Assembly (NCBI GenBank): GCA_030667985.1
Contig: DAOUUU010000004.1
Span: 1 to 60,607 of the forward strand
DNA length: 60,607 bases
Reading direction: 5' to 3'
Source of the DNA: Candidatus Krumholzibacteriota bacterium
Lineage (GTDB): Bacteria; Krumholzibacteriota; Krumholzibacteriia; Krumholzibacteriales; Krumholzibacteriaceae
Every line of letters begins with the position of its first letter. Position 1 is the stretch's first letter. A program made the translations under genes and the position numbers. The notes under the pieces are model-generated. The model was given only the letters and a program-made list of their open reading frames with translations. It searched no databases and was not told where the DNA came from. Shown here piece by piece: positions 45,264-57,395 of this stretch.

Positions 45264-46790
45264 ATGAAAAAGGAAATCTTGATCAACTACACGCCTCGGG
45301 AGGTCCGCATCGCGATCCTCGAGGACAAGGAGCTCGTGGAGTTCCTTATCGAACGTGAAGACAGCCGGAGGAGCGTCGGGGATATTTATCTCGGACAGAT
45401 CTCGGCGGTCATACCGGGCATCCAGGCGGCCTTCGTCGACATCGGCCAGGAGAAGGCGGCGTTTCTGCACGTGAGCGACGTCGCGACCGGATCTATTGAT
45501 CCGGAGCTGCTAGACGACGACGAGATCGATCTCGGCAGGAGGAGGCGGAGAACGTACGCGCCCATCGAGTCGCTGCTCAAGAAGGGACAGGAGATCGTCG
45601 TGCAGGTGCGCAAGGAGGCGATAGGGACAAAGGGCCCCCGAATATCATCGCAACTCTCGCTGCCGGGCAGGTACGCGGTTCTGATGCCCAATCTGGATCA
45701 TATCGGGATCAGCAAGAAGGTCGACAACCGCAAGGAGCGGCAAAGGCTTCGAAGCATAGTGCGCAGATACCGTCCAAAGGGAGCGGCCATCATAGTACGC
45801 ACGGCCGGCCACGGAGTCAGCAGCGATCAGATAAGGGATGATATCAAGCATCTGGAAAAGCTCTGGAATGACGTTCGCAAGAAGGTCGAACAGGCGACGC
45901 CGCCCGCCATTGTGCACGAAGACGTCGATCTCACCGTCTTCGCGCTGAGAGACCTCTTTACCGATCAGGTCGATCAGATCATCATCGACAGCAAGGAAGA
46001 ATACGACCGCCTCAGATCCTATCTCAAATCGATGGCTCCACAACTCTCATCCCGCGTCAGGTTATACAAGGAGAAGGTGCCGATTCTGGATTACTACGAA
46101 ATCGAGCGCGAGATCGAAAAGACCCTCGAGCGCAAGATCTGGCTCAAGAAGGGGGGGTACATAGTCATCGAGCACACCGAGGCGCTCGTCTCGATCGACG
46201 TAAACACAGGCCGGTTCACCGGCAAGCGGAATCAGGAAGAGACGATATTCGAGACGAATCTCATCGCTGCACGGGAAGTCGTCCGGCAGCTCAGGCTTCG
46301 CGACATAGGCGGGATCATCGTGGTCGACTTCATCGATATGGAAAAGGAATCGAACCGGAAGAAGGTATTCAGCGAGTTCCGCCAGGCGCTCCGCAAGGAC
46401 AGATCGAGGGCCCGCGTATCGCCGATAAGCGATCTGGGGTTGGTAGAGGTGAGCAGAAAACGCGTCCGGCCGAGCCTGCTTCACTTCTACAGCGAAGAAT
46501 GCCCCTACTGCACTGGGAGCGGCAAGGTGCTCAGCATCGAATCAATGGCGATGAAGGCGGAGCACTGGATCAGACGTATCGGTTCGCTCGGAAGGGAAAG
46601 GGGTATCCAGTTCAGAGTCAACCCGATCCTTGGCATCTATCTCAATGATGAGAAGGAAGAGGAGCTCCACGAGCTTGCGAGAAAGAACAACCTGAGGCTC
46701 GAAATCATCAAGGATCCCCGGATGCACAGGGAGGAATTCGGCGTATTCTCATTCGATGGTAAGAGGGACTTGAAAACGGAGTTTGTATAA
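45264..46790 (+). CDS. rng: Rne/Rng-family ribonuclease (RNase G-like)
   Basis: GDIYLG, AAFVDIG, KGPR, IDVNTG, RLRDIGGIIVVDFIDM and CPYCTG. Confidence 0.95.
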   Translation: MKKEILINYTPREVRIAILEDKELVEFLIEREDSRRSVGDIYLGQISAVIPGIQAAFVDIGQEKAAFLHVSDVATGSIDPELLDDDEIDLGRRRRRTYAPIESLLKKGQEIVVQVRKEAIGTKGPRISSQLSLPGRYAVLMPNLDHIGISKKVDNRKERQRLRSIVRRYRPKGAAIIVRTAGHGVSSDQIRDDIKHLEKLWNDVRKKVEQATPPAIVHEDVDLTVFALRDLFTDQVDQIIIDSKEEYDRLRSYLKSMAPQLSSRVRLYKEKVPILDYYEIEREIEKTLERKIWLKKGGYIVIEHTEALVSIDVNTGRFTGKRNQEETIFETNLIAAREVVRQLRLRDIGGIIVVDFIDMEKESNRKKVFSEFRQALRKDRSRARVSPISDLGLVEVSRKRVRPSLLHFYSEECPYCTGSGKVLSIESMAMKAEHWIRRIGSLGRERGIQFRVNPILGIYLNDEKEEELHELARKNNLRLEIIKDPRMHREEFGVFSFDGKRDLKTEFV

Positions 46791-46802
46791 AGGGGAGGCT
46801 TA

Positions 46803-47609
46803 ATGGAGAACGTATACGATAAATTGGTCGAATTTGCGATGACGTTCGGCATCAAGATCATCGGTGCGATCTTGATCCTCATCGTCGGACGGATCGTTGC
46901 CGGTATCTTTCGCAGCCTCGTGACCAGGCTGATGCGAAAGACGAAGACGGACGAGTCGATCGTCACCTTCGTCCGCAGCTTCACCTACGTTGTGGTCATC
47001 ACCTTCGCCATAATCGCGGCCCTGGCCAAGTTCGGCGTGCAGACAGCGTCATTCATAGCGATCCTTGGAGCGGCCGGCTTCGCGGTCGGCTTCGCCCTGC
47101 AGGGCTCGTTGAGCAGTTTCGCGGCGGGAATTCTCACTCTCGTATTCAAGCCCTTCCGTGTCGGGGATTTTATCGCCGCGGCGGGCGTGGCGGGCACCGT
47201 GAAGGAGATCAAGCTGTTCAGCACAGTCATCGCGACACCGGACAACATCATGGTCATCGTGCCGAACAACAAGATCTACGGCGATGTCATAAAGAACATA
47301 ACCGGATTCGATACGCGAAGGATCGATATGGTATTCGGTATCGGCTATAGCTCGTCGATCCCAAAGGCGGTCGAGATACTGATGGGGATCATGAAGGCGG
47401 ACGAAAGGGTCCTCACGGAGCCCGCGCCGATGGTCGCAGTCGCCGAGCTGGCCGATTCGAGCGTGAATCTGGTAACCAGGCCGTGGGTCAAGAGGGAAGA
47501 CTACTGGGACGTCAAGTTCGACATCATCCGCAAGGCGAAGGAGGCGTTTGACGAGGCCGGTATAGAGATTCCCTTTCCCCAGCATTCGATTCACATGGTG
47601 CAGGAGTAG
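46803..47609 (+). CDS. mscS: Small-conductance mechanosensitive channel
   Basis: GFAVGFALQG, KPFRVGD, VPNN, DSSVN and GIEIPFPQ. Confidence 0.95.
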   Translation: MENVYDKLVEFAMTFGIKIIGAILILIVGRIVAGIFRSLVTRLMRKTKTDESIVTFVRSFTYVVVITFAIIAALAKFGVQTASFIAILGAAGFAVGFALQGSLSSFAAGILTLVFKPFRVGDFIAAAGVAGTVKEIKLFSTVIATPDNIMVIVPNNKIYGDVIKNITGFDTRRIDMVFGIGYSSSIPKAVEILMGIMKADERVLTEPAPMVAVAELADSSVNLVTRPWVKREDYWDVKFDIIRKAKEAFDEAGIEIPFPQHSIHMVQE

Positions 47610-47724
47610 GGGAGGTCCGGCGGGCTGAAATGTCATCGAATGAGTTGAGTTTTTTGAACTTGACTTGGCCTGCCCCGTTTGTTATCAATATATTTCCTTT
47701 GCGATTTACAGGAGGTTTGGAGAA

Positions 47725-48036
47725 GTGTACGCGGTTGTTCAATTAGCTGGTAAGCAATTCATGATGAAGCCCGAAGAACGGGTCAAGGTGCCGCTCCTCG
47801 ACGTAGAACCGGGAAGTGTTATAAAGTGTGAAGATGTATTGGTTTATGCGGACGGCAAGGATGTGCGGGTCGGCCGCCCGAACCTGGATGGGATATCGGT
47901 GACGGCCGAAGTGCTCGAGCATGGCCGTGATAAGAAGATCATTGTCTTCAAGATGAAGCGGCGTAAGGGGTACCGGCGGAAGAAAGGGCACCGGCAGGGG
48001 TATACTCTGCTAAAAGTAAAAGAGATATCGGGATAG
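47725..48036 (+). CDS. rplU: 50S ribosomal protein L21
   Basis: [12 protein letters not shown] and KKGHRQ; GTG start after GGAGG. Confidence 0.97.
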   Translation: MYAVVQLAGKQFMMKPEERVKVPLLDVEPGSVIKCEDVLVYADGKDVRVGRPNLDGISVTAEVLEHGRDKKIIVFKMKRRKGYRRKKGHRQGYTLLKVKEISG

Positions 48037-48073
48037 CAGGCCGACGTTCCAGATTGGGAGCTCTGAGAGAGTC

Positions 48074-48328
48074 ATGGCACATAAAAAAGGTGTAGGAAGT
48101 TCGAAAAACGGTCGTGACAGTAATGCCAAGAGACTGGGCGTGAAGAGATACGCGGGGCAGGAGGTCACCGCCGGGACGATACTCGTCCGCCAGCGCGGCA
48201 CCAAGATCCACGCGGGCATCAACGTGGGCAAGGGCGGCGACGATACTCTGTTCGCCCTCGCCGACGGCACGGTCAAATACGAACGTTTCGGACGGTCGAA
48301 AAAGAAAGTGTGCGTCTACGCTCACTAA
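48074..48328 (+). CDS. rpmA: 50S ribosomal protein L27
   Basis: [16 protein letters not shown] and RQRGTK. Confidence 0.99.
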   Translation: MAHKKGVGSSKNGRDSNAKRLGVKRYAGQEVTAGTILVRQRGTKIHAGINVGKGGDDTLFALADGTVKYERFGRSKKKVCVYAH

Positions 48329-48358
48329 AAAGCTGGGATTCATATGATGGATTCATCA

Positions 48359-48406
48359 GGAGAACCCGGAGCAGGCGATGTTCCGAGAAGGTTCTCCTTT
48401 TTTTTT
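48359..48406 (+). terminator. Rho-independent terminator after rpmA
   Basis: GGAGAACC (48359-66) pairs with GGTTCTCC (48390-97), with an inner CGGA/TCCG stem, followed by T9. Confidence 0.75.
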
Positions 48407-48420
48407 AGGGGGGTGACCGT

Positions 48421-49077
48421 ATGAAGGTAAAGTACCTCGGACACGCCGCTTTCGAGCTGGTCTCGGATGGAGGCACAAAGATCGTATTCGATCCCTACGA
48501 GTCGGGATCGTACGATGGCGCTCTCAGGCATAAGCCGATAAAAGGCGTCTACGATCTCGCTGTGGTCAGCCACGAGCATCCCGACCACTGCGACATGAGT
48601 GTGAAACAGAGCGCGAAGTATGTAGTAGACGCGCCGGGAGAGTTCGACATCATGGGCCTGCATGTGAAGGCGAGCCCGACATACCATGACGAATCGAAAG
48701 GGAGCGAGCGCGGCGGAAATCTTGTCTCGGTCGTCGATCTAGACGGAATGAGGGTTGCGCATCTTGGAGATCTGGGGCACTCTCTGAGCGAGGAAGAGCT
48801 CGAGGGGATCAAGGGCGTCGATCTGCTGCTCATTCCGGTCGGAGGTTTTTTCACGATAGACGCCGCGGTTGCGGCGGAACTTGTGCGGAAGGCGGAACCG
48901 AAGGTCGTCATCCCGATGCATTTCAAGACCGACAAGATAGATTTTCCCATTGCGCCCGTCGACGAGTTCACTTCTCTCATGGAGAACGTCGAGATGGCAG
49001 GCGGCAGTACATTCACAATCACAGGAGATGAAAGCACGGGGGAAATGCGGGTAGTGGTCCTTGACCCCGAGCTCTAG
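48421..49077 (+). CDS. Metallo-beta-lactamase-fold hydrolase
   Basis: YLGHA, SHEHPDH, HLGDLGH, PVGG and IPMH. Confidence 0.92.
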   Translation: MKVKYLGHAAFELVSDGGTKIVFDPYESGSYDGALRHKPIKGVYDLAVVSHEHPDHCDMSVKQSAKYVVDAPGEFDIMGLHVKASPTYHDESKGSERGGNLVSVVDLDGMRVAHLGDLGHSLSEEELEGIKGVDLLLIPVGGFFTIDAAVAAELVRKAEPKVVIPMHFKTDKIDFPIAPVDEFTSLMENVEMAGGSTFTITGDESTGEMRVVVLDPEL

Positions 49078-49100
49078 TCATTTGGAAAGTGAGGAGTGAG

Positions 49101-49943
49101 ATGAAAGAGATCGACGCAGCGAAGATCACTAAAGAGGTGGCGCGTCTGTGCATGGAGGCGAACTTCGAGCTCGGAGAGGATGTTTTAAAGGCGATCGAAG
49201 AGGGTTTCGAAAAGGAGGAGTCACCAGTCGGCAAGGAGATACTCAGACAGCTGCTGGAGAACGCCGAGATCGCCAAAACTGAGCGGATGCCCATCTGTCA
49301 GGATACGGGACTAACGGTCATTTTCCTCGAACTGGGGCAGGATGTCCGGATCATGGGAGGGGACCTCGAGACGGCCATAAACGAAGGGGTCCGGAAGGGG
49401 TATACGGAAGGGTACCTGCGTAAATCGGTGCTGGGAGATCCCCTCGAGCGCGTGAATACCGGAGACAACACCCCGGCGGTGATCCATACGAAGATCGTTC
49501 CGGGCGATGTATTCCGGATGTATGTTGTGCCCAAGGGCGGGGGAAGCGAGAACATGAGCAGGGTCGCGATGCTGAAACCGGCGGATGGCGTCGACGGCGT
49601 CAAGGAGTTCGTCATCGAGTCTGTGCGCACCGCGTCGGCGAATCCGTGTCCGCCCGTCGTCGTCGGAGTAGGAGTCGGCGGGACCTTTGAACAGTGCGCG
49701 ATAAACTCGAAGAGGGCGCTTCTGCGGGAGATAGGGAGCGAGCATCCCAACCCCTTCTACTCGGAGCTCGAAAAGGAGCTGCTGGTAAAGGTCAACGAGC
49801 TTGGCGTGGGGCCGCAGGGTCTGGGAGGCATTGTGACCGCCCTCGCTGTTTTTATCGAGGCGGCGCCCTGTCATATCGCGTCATTACCTGTCGCGTTGAA
49901 CTTGAACTGTCACGCGGCACGTCACAAAATGGTCGAATTATAG
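49101..49943 (+). CDS. Fe-S hydro-lyase (fumarate/tartrate hydratase) alpha subunit
   Basis: ICQDTG, PKGGGSEN, CPP, HIASLPVA and CHAARH. Confidence 0.95.
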   Translation: MKEIDAAKITKEVARLCMEANFELGEDVLKAIEEGFEKEESPVGKEILRQLLENAEIAKTERMPICQDTGLTVIFLELGQDVRIMGGDLETAINEGVRKGYTEGYLRKSVLGDPLERVNTGDNTPAVIHTKIVPGDVFRMYVVPKGGGSENMSRVAMLKPADGVDGVKEFVIESVRTASANPCPPVVVGVGVGGTFEQCAINSKRALLREIGSEHPNPFYSELEKELLVKVNELGVGPQGLGGIVTALAVFIEAAPCHIASLPVALNLNCHAARHKMVEL

Positions 49944-50028
49944 AGAAAGGCGGGTGGTCCGGGTCGAGCATGCCGCCGATCCGACCGATCGCGCCTCAAG
50001 GCAGGAACACAATCCAGGCAGGTGAATC

Positions 50029-50580
50029 ATGGCTGAATATTCCTTGAAGACCCCCCTTGAAGAGAAGGATGTGCGCAAACTCGTGGCCGGAGACAAGGTC
50101 TCGCTTTCCGGCATCGTCTATACAGCCAGGGACGCGGCTCACAAGCGCCTCGTAGAGCTCCTCGAGCAGGGAAAAGAGCTTCCGATGTCCCTCGAAGGAC
50201 AGATCATCTACTATGTAGGTCCCGCTCCTACGCCGCCCGGGAAGGCGATCGGTTCGGCCGGGCCCACTACGAGTTACCGGATGGATCCATATACGCCGGC
50301 GCTGATAGAGAACGGTCTCAAGGGGATGATCGGCAAGGGCGAGCGCAACGAAAAGGTGGTCGATGCGATGAAGGAGCACGGGGCCGTCTATTTCGCCGCT
50401 ACCGGCGGAGCCGCGGCGCTCATCTCCAAGCGCATAACGGGCGCCGAAGTGATCGCCTATGAGGATCTCGGCGCGGAGGCGATCCGCGAGCTCACAGTCG
50501 AGGATTTTCCCGTTATCGTCGCCCAGGACTCGAGCGGCGGCAACATCTATACGGAAGGTCAAAAGAAGTACAGAAAGTGA
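50029..50580 (+). CDS. Fe-S hydro-lyase (fumarate/tartrate hydratase) beta subunit
   Basis: TARDAAH, GPTTSYRMD, MIGKG and DLGAEAI. Confidence 0.95.
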   Translation: MAEYSLKTPLEEKDVRKLVAGDKVSLSGIVYTARDAAHKRLVELLEQGKELPMSLEGQIIYYVGPAPTPPGKAIGSAGPTTSYRMDPYTPALIENGLKGMIGKGERNEKVVDAMKEHGAVYFAATGGAAALISKRITGAEVIAYEDLGAEAIRELTVEDFPVIVAQDSSGGNIYTEGQKKYRK

Positions 50581-50647
50581 CTTATCCGGACCGGCGGGGC
50601 CATTGCTGCCCTCCGTCCGGCTCAAGTGTAACCGGGAAGGATTTTCC

Positions 50648-53073
<2,426 letters not shown>

Positions 53074-53085
53074 CGGGGAAGGGAC

Positions 53086-53916
53086 ATGGAACAGTTTGAT
53101 ATAGCCGGACAGGACGTTTCATTCCACAAAACTCCATTACTCATCGCGGGTCCCTGTGTACTCGAGGATGTCGAGGACGCTATCAGGGTTGGGACGGAGT
53201 GCGCGGCGATCGCCGAGCGGGAAGGATTTTTCTATATCTTCAAGTCGAGTTATTTAAAGGACAACCGTTCATCGATCAGTTCTTACGCCGGTCCCGGTCT
53301 GGAGAAGGGGCTCGAGATGCTCGCGCGGATCGGGAGCGAAACGGGCGCACCACTGCTCACAGATATTCATAGCGCAGGGGAGGCCGCAATGGCCGCAGAG
53401 GTTTGTGATGTGCTCCAGATCCCGGCGTTTCTCTCCAGGCAGACGAGTCTTGTCGCGGCGGCCGCGTCGACCGGCAAGGTGCTCAACCTGAAGAAGGGCC
53501 AATTTCTCTCTCCGGAGGAGATGCATCTCGCCGTCGAAAAAGCGCGCAGGAACGGCGCAGGGGGCGTGATGGTGACCGAGCGGGGCACCTTCTTCGGTTA
53601 CCACAATCTCGTCGTCGATTTCACCGCCTTTCCCAGGATGAGGGACCTCGAAGTGCCGATGATCTTCGACGCGACCCATTCTCTCCAGCTGCCCGGAAGG
53701 CTGGGGAACAGATCGGGCGGGCGCCCGGGCTTAGCCAGATATCTCGCGAGAGCTGCGGCCGCGGCGGGTTGCGACGGACTCTTCGTGGAGACACACTTCG
53801 AGCCGATGACATGTGAATGCGATGCAGAGGTTATGCTGCCTCTCGACGAGCTTCCGCGGCTAATCGAGGAGACCGGCAGACTGTTCGAGCTGGTGCGCGG
53901 CTTTGAAGGGGAATGA
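53086..53916 (+). CDS. kdsA: KDO 8-phosphate synthase (metal-dependent type)
   Basis: IAGPC, KDNRSS, QIPAFL, KKGQF, ERG and DATHS. Confidence 0.96.
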   Translation: MEQFDIAGQDVSFHKTPLLIAGPCVLEDVEDAIRVGTECAAIAEREGFFYIFKSSYLKDNRSSISSYAGPGLEKGLEMLARIGSETGAPLLTDIHSAGEAAMAAEVCDVLQIPAFLSRQTSLVAAAASTGKVLNLKKGQFLSPEEMHLAVEKARRNGAGGVMVTERGTFFGYHNLVVDFTAFPRMRDLEVPMIFDATHSLQLPGRLGNRSGGRPGLARYLARAAAAAGCDGLFVETHFEPMTCECDAEVMLPLDELPRLIEETGRLFELVRGFEGE

Positions 53917-53922
53917 GGCGGG

Positions 53923-54942
53923 ATGGCAAAAAGGACAGCAGACAAGAAATCTCAGGAGACATCCCAGACCAAGGACCTGATCGGCTTCGGACGCGAGGTC
54001 GTATCGCTGGAGATAGACGGGCTCAAGGAGCTCGAGCGCGGTATCGGACCGGATTTCGCGCGGGCCGTCCGGCTTCTTCTCGAATGCAGGAGTAAGATCG
54101 TTGTCTGCGGCATCGGCAAATCGGGGATCGTGGCGCGAAAGATCGCGGCGACATTCAGCAGTACTGGAACACCATCGGTCTACCTCCATCCGGTCGAGGC
54201 CGCTCACGGCGATATGGGCATGGTGACGGTGGACGACGTTTTTCTCGCGATAAGCAAGAGCGGCAGTAACGAAGAGCTCGCAAAGCTGCTCCCCTACCTG
54301 AAGGCAATAAAAGTAAAGATGATATCGATCACCGCTTCCGCTGGCTCCGGCCTCGCCGAGGCGAGCGATATCGTACTCCTGACCAATGTCGGCCGTGAGG
54401 CCTGCCCGATGGATGTGGTCCCGACGACCAGCACGACAGCGGCTATGGTGCTCGGTGACGCTCTCGCCGTCGCCGTGTTCAGAAGCCGGGATTTTGGCAA
54501 GGACGATTTCGCTAAGCTCCACCCGAGCGGCGCTCTAGGGAAAAGGCTCTTGCTCACGGTCGGTGAGCTGATGCATGGGGGAGACGATGTTCCGGTCGTC
54601 CGCGCCGATACACCCCTAAGAGAGGCGCTCGTAGAGATTGTCGACAAGAGGCTGGGCTGCACCGGAATAACCGATTCGGGCGGCAGGCTCGTCGGGATCA
54701 TAACCGACGGCGATCTGAAGCGTATACTGATCAGGAACCGCGAGGCCTTCGACGATCCGGTCGAAAGTCTCATGACACGCAATCCCCGCGCCATAACACC
54801 AGATGTGCTCGCCATAGAAGCGCTCGAGAAGATGGAGATAGAGCCCCCCAGTCCTATATCGCAGCTCTTTGTCGTGGACGAGCTGTTCCGTCCTATCGGT
54901 GTCGTTCATATCCACGACATCATCCGATCCGGCCTAAAGTAA
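53923..54942 (+). CDS. kdsD: Arabinose-5-phosphate isomerase (SIS plus 2 CBS)
   Basis: GIGKSG, EAAHGDMG, PTTST, LHPSGALG and GIITDGD. Confidence 0.96.
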   Translation: MAKRTADKKSQETSQTKDLIGFGREVVSLEIDGLKELERGIGPDFARAVRLLLECRSKIVVCGIGKSGIVARKIAATFSSTGTPSVYLHPVEAAHGDMGMVTVDDVFLAISKSGSNEELAKLLPYLKAIKVKMISITASAGSGLAEASDIVLLTNVGREACPMDVVPTTSTTAAMVLGDALAVAVFRSRDFGKDDFAKLHPSGALGKRLLLTVGELMHGGDDVPVVRADTPLREALVEIVDKRLGCTGITDSGGRLVGIITDGDLKRILIRNREAFDDPVESLMTRNPRAITPDVLAIEALEKMEIEPPSPISQLFVVDELFRPIGVVHIHDIIRSGLK

Positions 54943-54966
54943 CCCTCCGCAGACACTTACATCAGT

Positions 54967-54982
54967 TGGCATAGAGATTGCT
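54967..54982 (+). promoter_or_regulatory. sigma54 (-24/-12) site upstream of the lpxL-lptC-lptB-rpoN operon
   Basis: TGGCAT-AGAGA-TTGCT, near-consensus; overlaps a TTGACT -35-like hexamer at 54982-54987. Confidence 0.75.
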
Positions 54983-55133
54983 TGACTGCTATTCGCCCCT
55001 ATGGTACATGATGAAGTGTGACAAGGATTTTGGCGTTTTTTTCAGCACTGTGGCCATTATATGAGACACAAGGTCTCGAGAAACAGAGGGAGATGGTGTT
55101 TCTGTCCGAAACAAGGTGGGTGGAGGAGGAGGG

Positions 55134-56030
55134 GTGAAGAGGAAACTCCGCAGATGGCTGGCCCAGCTCCTTGTGAAAACACTGATCATGGTAACTCGCA
55201 TCATGCCGAGACGTGCTGGACTCGCGCTGTTCTCTCGGGCCGGAGCGGCCGCATTCAGGTTTTATCCAAAGGATAGGGAGCGCACGCTCGAGAATCTCGG
55301 GCTCGCCTTTCCCGATACGGATCCTATGATCGTCAGGGCAATGGCGAAGGGGTCCTTCGCAGCCCTTGGGAGCAACGCATTCGATGCGCTAAGACTCACA
55401 TATCTGAAGCCCGGGCGAGTGCTCGAGCTATGTTCGTTCGACGGCGAGCATCATCTGAAGGGGGCATTGGAGCGTGGAAGGGGCGTTATCTGTCTCTCGG
55501 GACATATCGGGTGTTGGGAGTTGATGGGCGGATATTTGTCAGCGAAGGGGTACCGTGTGAACGTCATCGCTCGGGACTTGCATGACGAGAGGATGAATGA
55601 CATACTCGTCAATATGAGGCTTCGCCACGGAATCGTCTCGATACCTAGAGGATCCGGCGCCGTAGCGGGGTACAGGGCGTTGAAACGCGGCGAGATACTC
55701 GGGATGCTGATAGATCAAGACATAGATGTGGACGGTATAATGGTTCCCTTCTTCGGGGTTCCGGCCCACACGCCGAGAGGCGCCGCCGTTTTCGCGTTGA
55801 GGAGCGGGGCGGAAATCGTTCCGATGGCTGTTTATATGCAGCCGGGCGGAGAGCACAGGATCATGATCCTTTCCCCTCTCGAGTTTCCGTCCGAGGAACT
55901 CGGCGAGCAAGAGAGGATCGATGAACTGACCGAGCGCTGCAGCGAGGCGCTGGAGAGATTGATAAGGATCTATCCCCAGCAATGGGTCTGGTTTCACGAC
56001 AGGTGGAGGCGGAGCGGACAGGAGTCATGA
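55134..56030 (+). CDS. lpxL: Lipid A late acyltransferase (LpxL/HtrB family)
   Basis: GHIGCWE, LIDQD, VPFFG and PQQWVWFHDRW; GTG start after GGAGG. Confidence 0.88.
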   Translation: MKRKLRRWLAQLLVKTLIMVTRIMPRRAGLALFSRAGAAAFRFYPKDRERTLENLGLAFPDTDPMIVRAMAKGSFAALGSNAFDALRLTYLKPGRVLELCSFDGEHHLKGALERGRGVICLSGHIGCWELMGGYLSAKGYRVNVIARDLHDERMNDILVNMRLRHGIVSIPRGSGAVAGYRALKRGEILGMLIDQDIDVDGIMVPFFGVPAHTPRGAAVFALRSGAEIVPMAVYMQPGGEHRIMILSPLEFPSEELGEQERIDELTERCSEALERLIRIYPQQWVWFHDRWRRSGQES

Positions 56031-56629
56031 GGAGAGAGTCGATAATAAGATACATCGTGCCGGTCATGATGCTTGCCATGGTAATTTCCTGCGAAAGCAT
56101 CGATAACAAGGGACGGTCCATAGGCGCCGATGATATACCAGATCAGGAGTTCACCGATTTTACGACCGTAGAGAGCGATTCGGGCGTAGTAAAATGGGTT
56201 CTTTCCGCTCCCGTCGCCAGGGTGTACAACGCGAGCAAGCTACTGGTAACCGACGATCCGAGGATCGAGTTCTACAACGAGGATGGATCGCTCGCTTCGG
56301 TGTTGATCGCCGAGAAGGGTGAATACAATCAGGTCACTCACGATCTCACCGCTCTCGGATCGGTAGTCGTGACGAGCGCCGAGGGGTACAAGCTGGAGAC
56401 CGAGAGCCTCGTCTGGGTGGAGACGGTCGAGGAGATCCACACTGAGGACTTCGTGCGCTTCACCAAGGGAGAGGATGTATTGACAGGGTACGGATTCCAG
56501 AGCGACCCGAATCTCGAGAACGTAGAGATCTTCAGGGATGTCAAAGTGTTCCTGAGGGATCAAGAGGGCTTCGTCGATGAAGAGGTCAGGAAAGAGACCG
56601 AAGAGAGAGAGGGGAGCAAAGATGAGTGA
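56027..56629 (+). CDS. lptC: LPS export protein LptC (lipoprotein type)
   Basis: ISC lipobox, L.TESL.W and GYGF; located just before lptB. Confidence 0.85.
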   Translation: MRRESIIRYIVPVMMLAMVISCESIDNKGRSIGADDIPDQEFTDFTTVESDSGVVKWVLSAPVARVYNASKLLVTDDPRIEFYNEDGSLASVLIAEKGEYNQVTHDLTALGSVVVTSAEGYKLETESLVWVETVEEIHTEDFVRFTKGEDVLTGYGFQSDPNLENVEIFRDVKVFLRDQEGFVDEEVRKETEEREGSKDE

Positions 56630-57377
56630 TTCCCCTGCTTCTGTGACCGGAAACTCCACTGGACTCTCATGCGACGGCCTCGTCAAGGTGTACGGAAAGA
56701 GGCGAGTGGTCGACGATGTCTCCTTCAGGGTAAACAGGGGTGAGGTCGTAGGTCTTCTGGGGCCGAACGGAGCCGGCAAGACGACCTGTTTCTATATGCT
56801 CGTAGGCATGATCCGGCCGGAAGAGGGGAGTGTGACCCTCGACGGTGAGGAGTTGAAGGATCTGCCTATGTACAAACGGGCGCGGAAGGGTATCGGATAT
56901 CTTCCTCAGGAGGCGAGTGTTTTCAGGCGAATGACGGTCGAACAGAATCTTCTCGCGATACTCGAGACCCTGTCCCTGTCGAAACAGCAACGGAATGAGA
57001 GGCTGGAAAACCTACTCAAGGAACTCAATATAGAGCATCTTCGCAAGAGCTTCGGATATCAGCTCTCCGGAGGAGAGCGTAGGCGTGTCGAGATAACGAG
57101 GTCGCTTGTTACAGAACCTTCTTTTATGCTCATGGACGAGCCCTTCGCCGGAATCGATCCGATTGCGGTTCAGGATCTGCAGACGATAGTCGGCGATCTC
57201 CGGCGCCGCGGACTGGGCGTCCTCATCACCGATCATAATGTAAGGGAAACATTGTCAATAACCGACAGAGCGTATATCTTGTACGAGGGGAGCATAAAGC
57301 GAACCGGGACGTCGGATGAGCTCGCATCGGACCCTGTAGTCAGGGAGATCTATCTGGGAGAAGCGTTTCGCCTGTAG
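56622..57377 (+). CDS. lptB: LPS export ABC ATPase
   Basis: [34 protein letters not shown] and [10 protein letters not shown]. Confidence 0.97.
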   Translation: MSDSPASVTGNSTGLSCDGLVKVYGKRRVVDDVSFRVNRGEVVGLLGPNGAGKTTCFYMLVGMIRPEEGSVTLDGEELKDLPMYKRARKGIGYLPQEASVFRRMTVEQNLLAILETLSLSKQQRNERLENLLKELNIEHLRKSFGYQLSGGERRRVEITRSLVTEPSFMLMDEPFAGIDPIAVQDLQTIVGDLRRRGLGVLITDHNVRETLSITDRAYILYEGSIKRTGTSDELASDPVVREIYLGEAFRL

Positions 57378-57395
57378 CACAGTGATGAAAGTGGA

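Noticed and set aside
49944-50028. GC-rich imperfect hairpin between the hydratase subunit genes
   Set aside because: Single copy, no U-tract and no match to an RNA family I recognise; not enough to call a REP or ncRNA.
55008-55064. 18-codon uORF (MMKCDKDFGVFFSTVAII) in the lpxL leader
   Set aside because: No SD, no attenuator structure and no telling codon run; cannot be told apart from chance.
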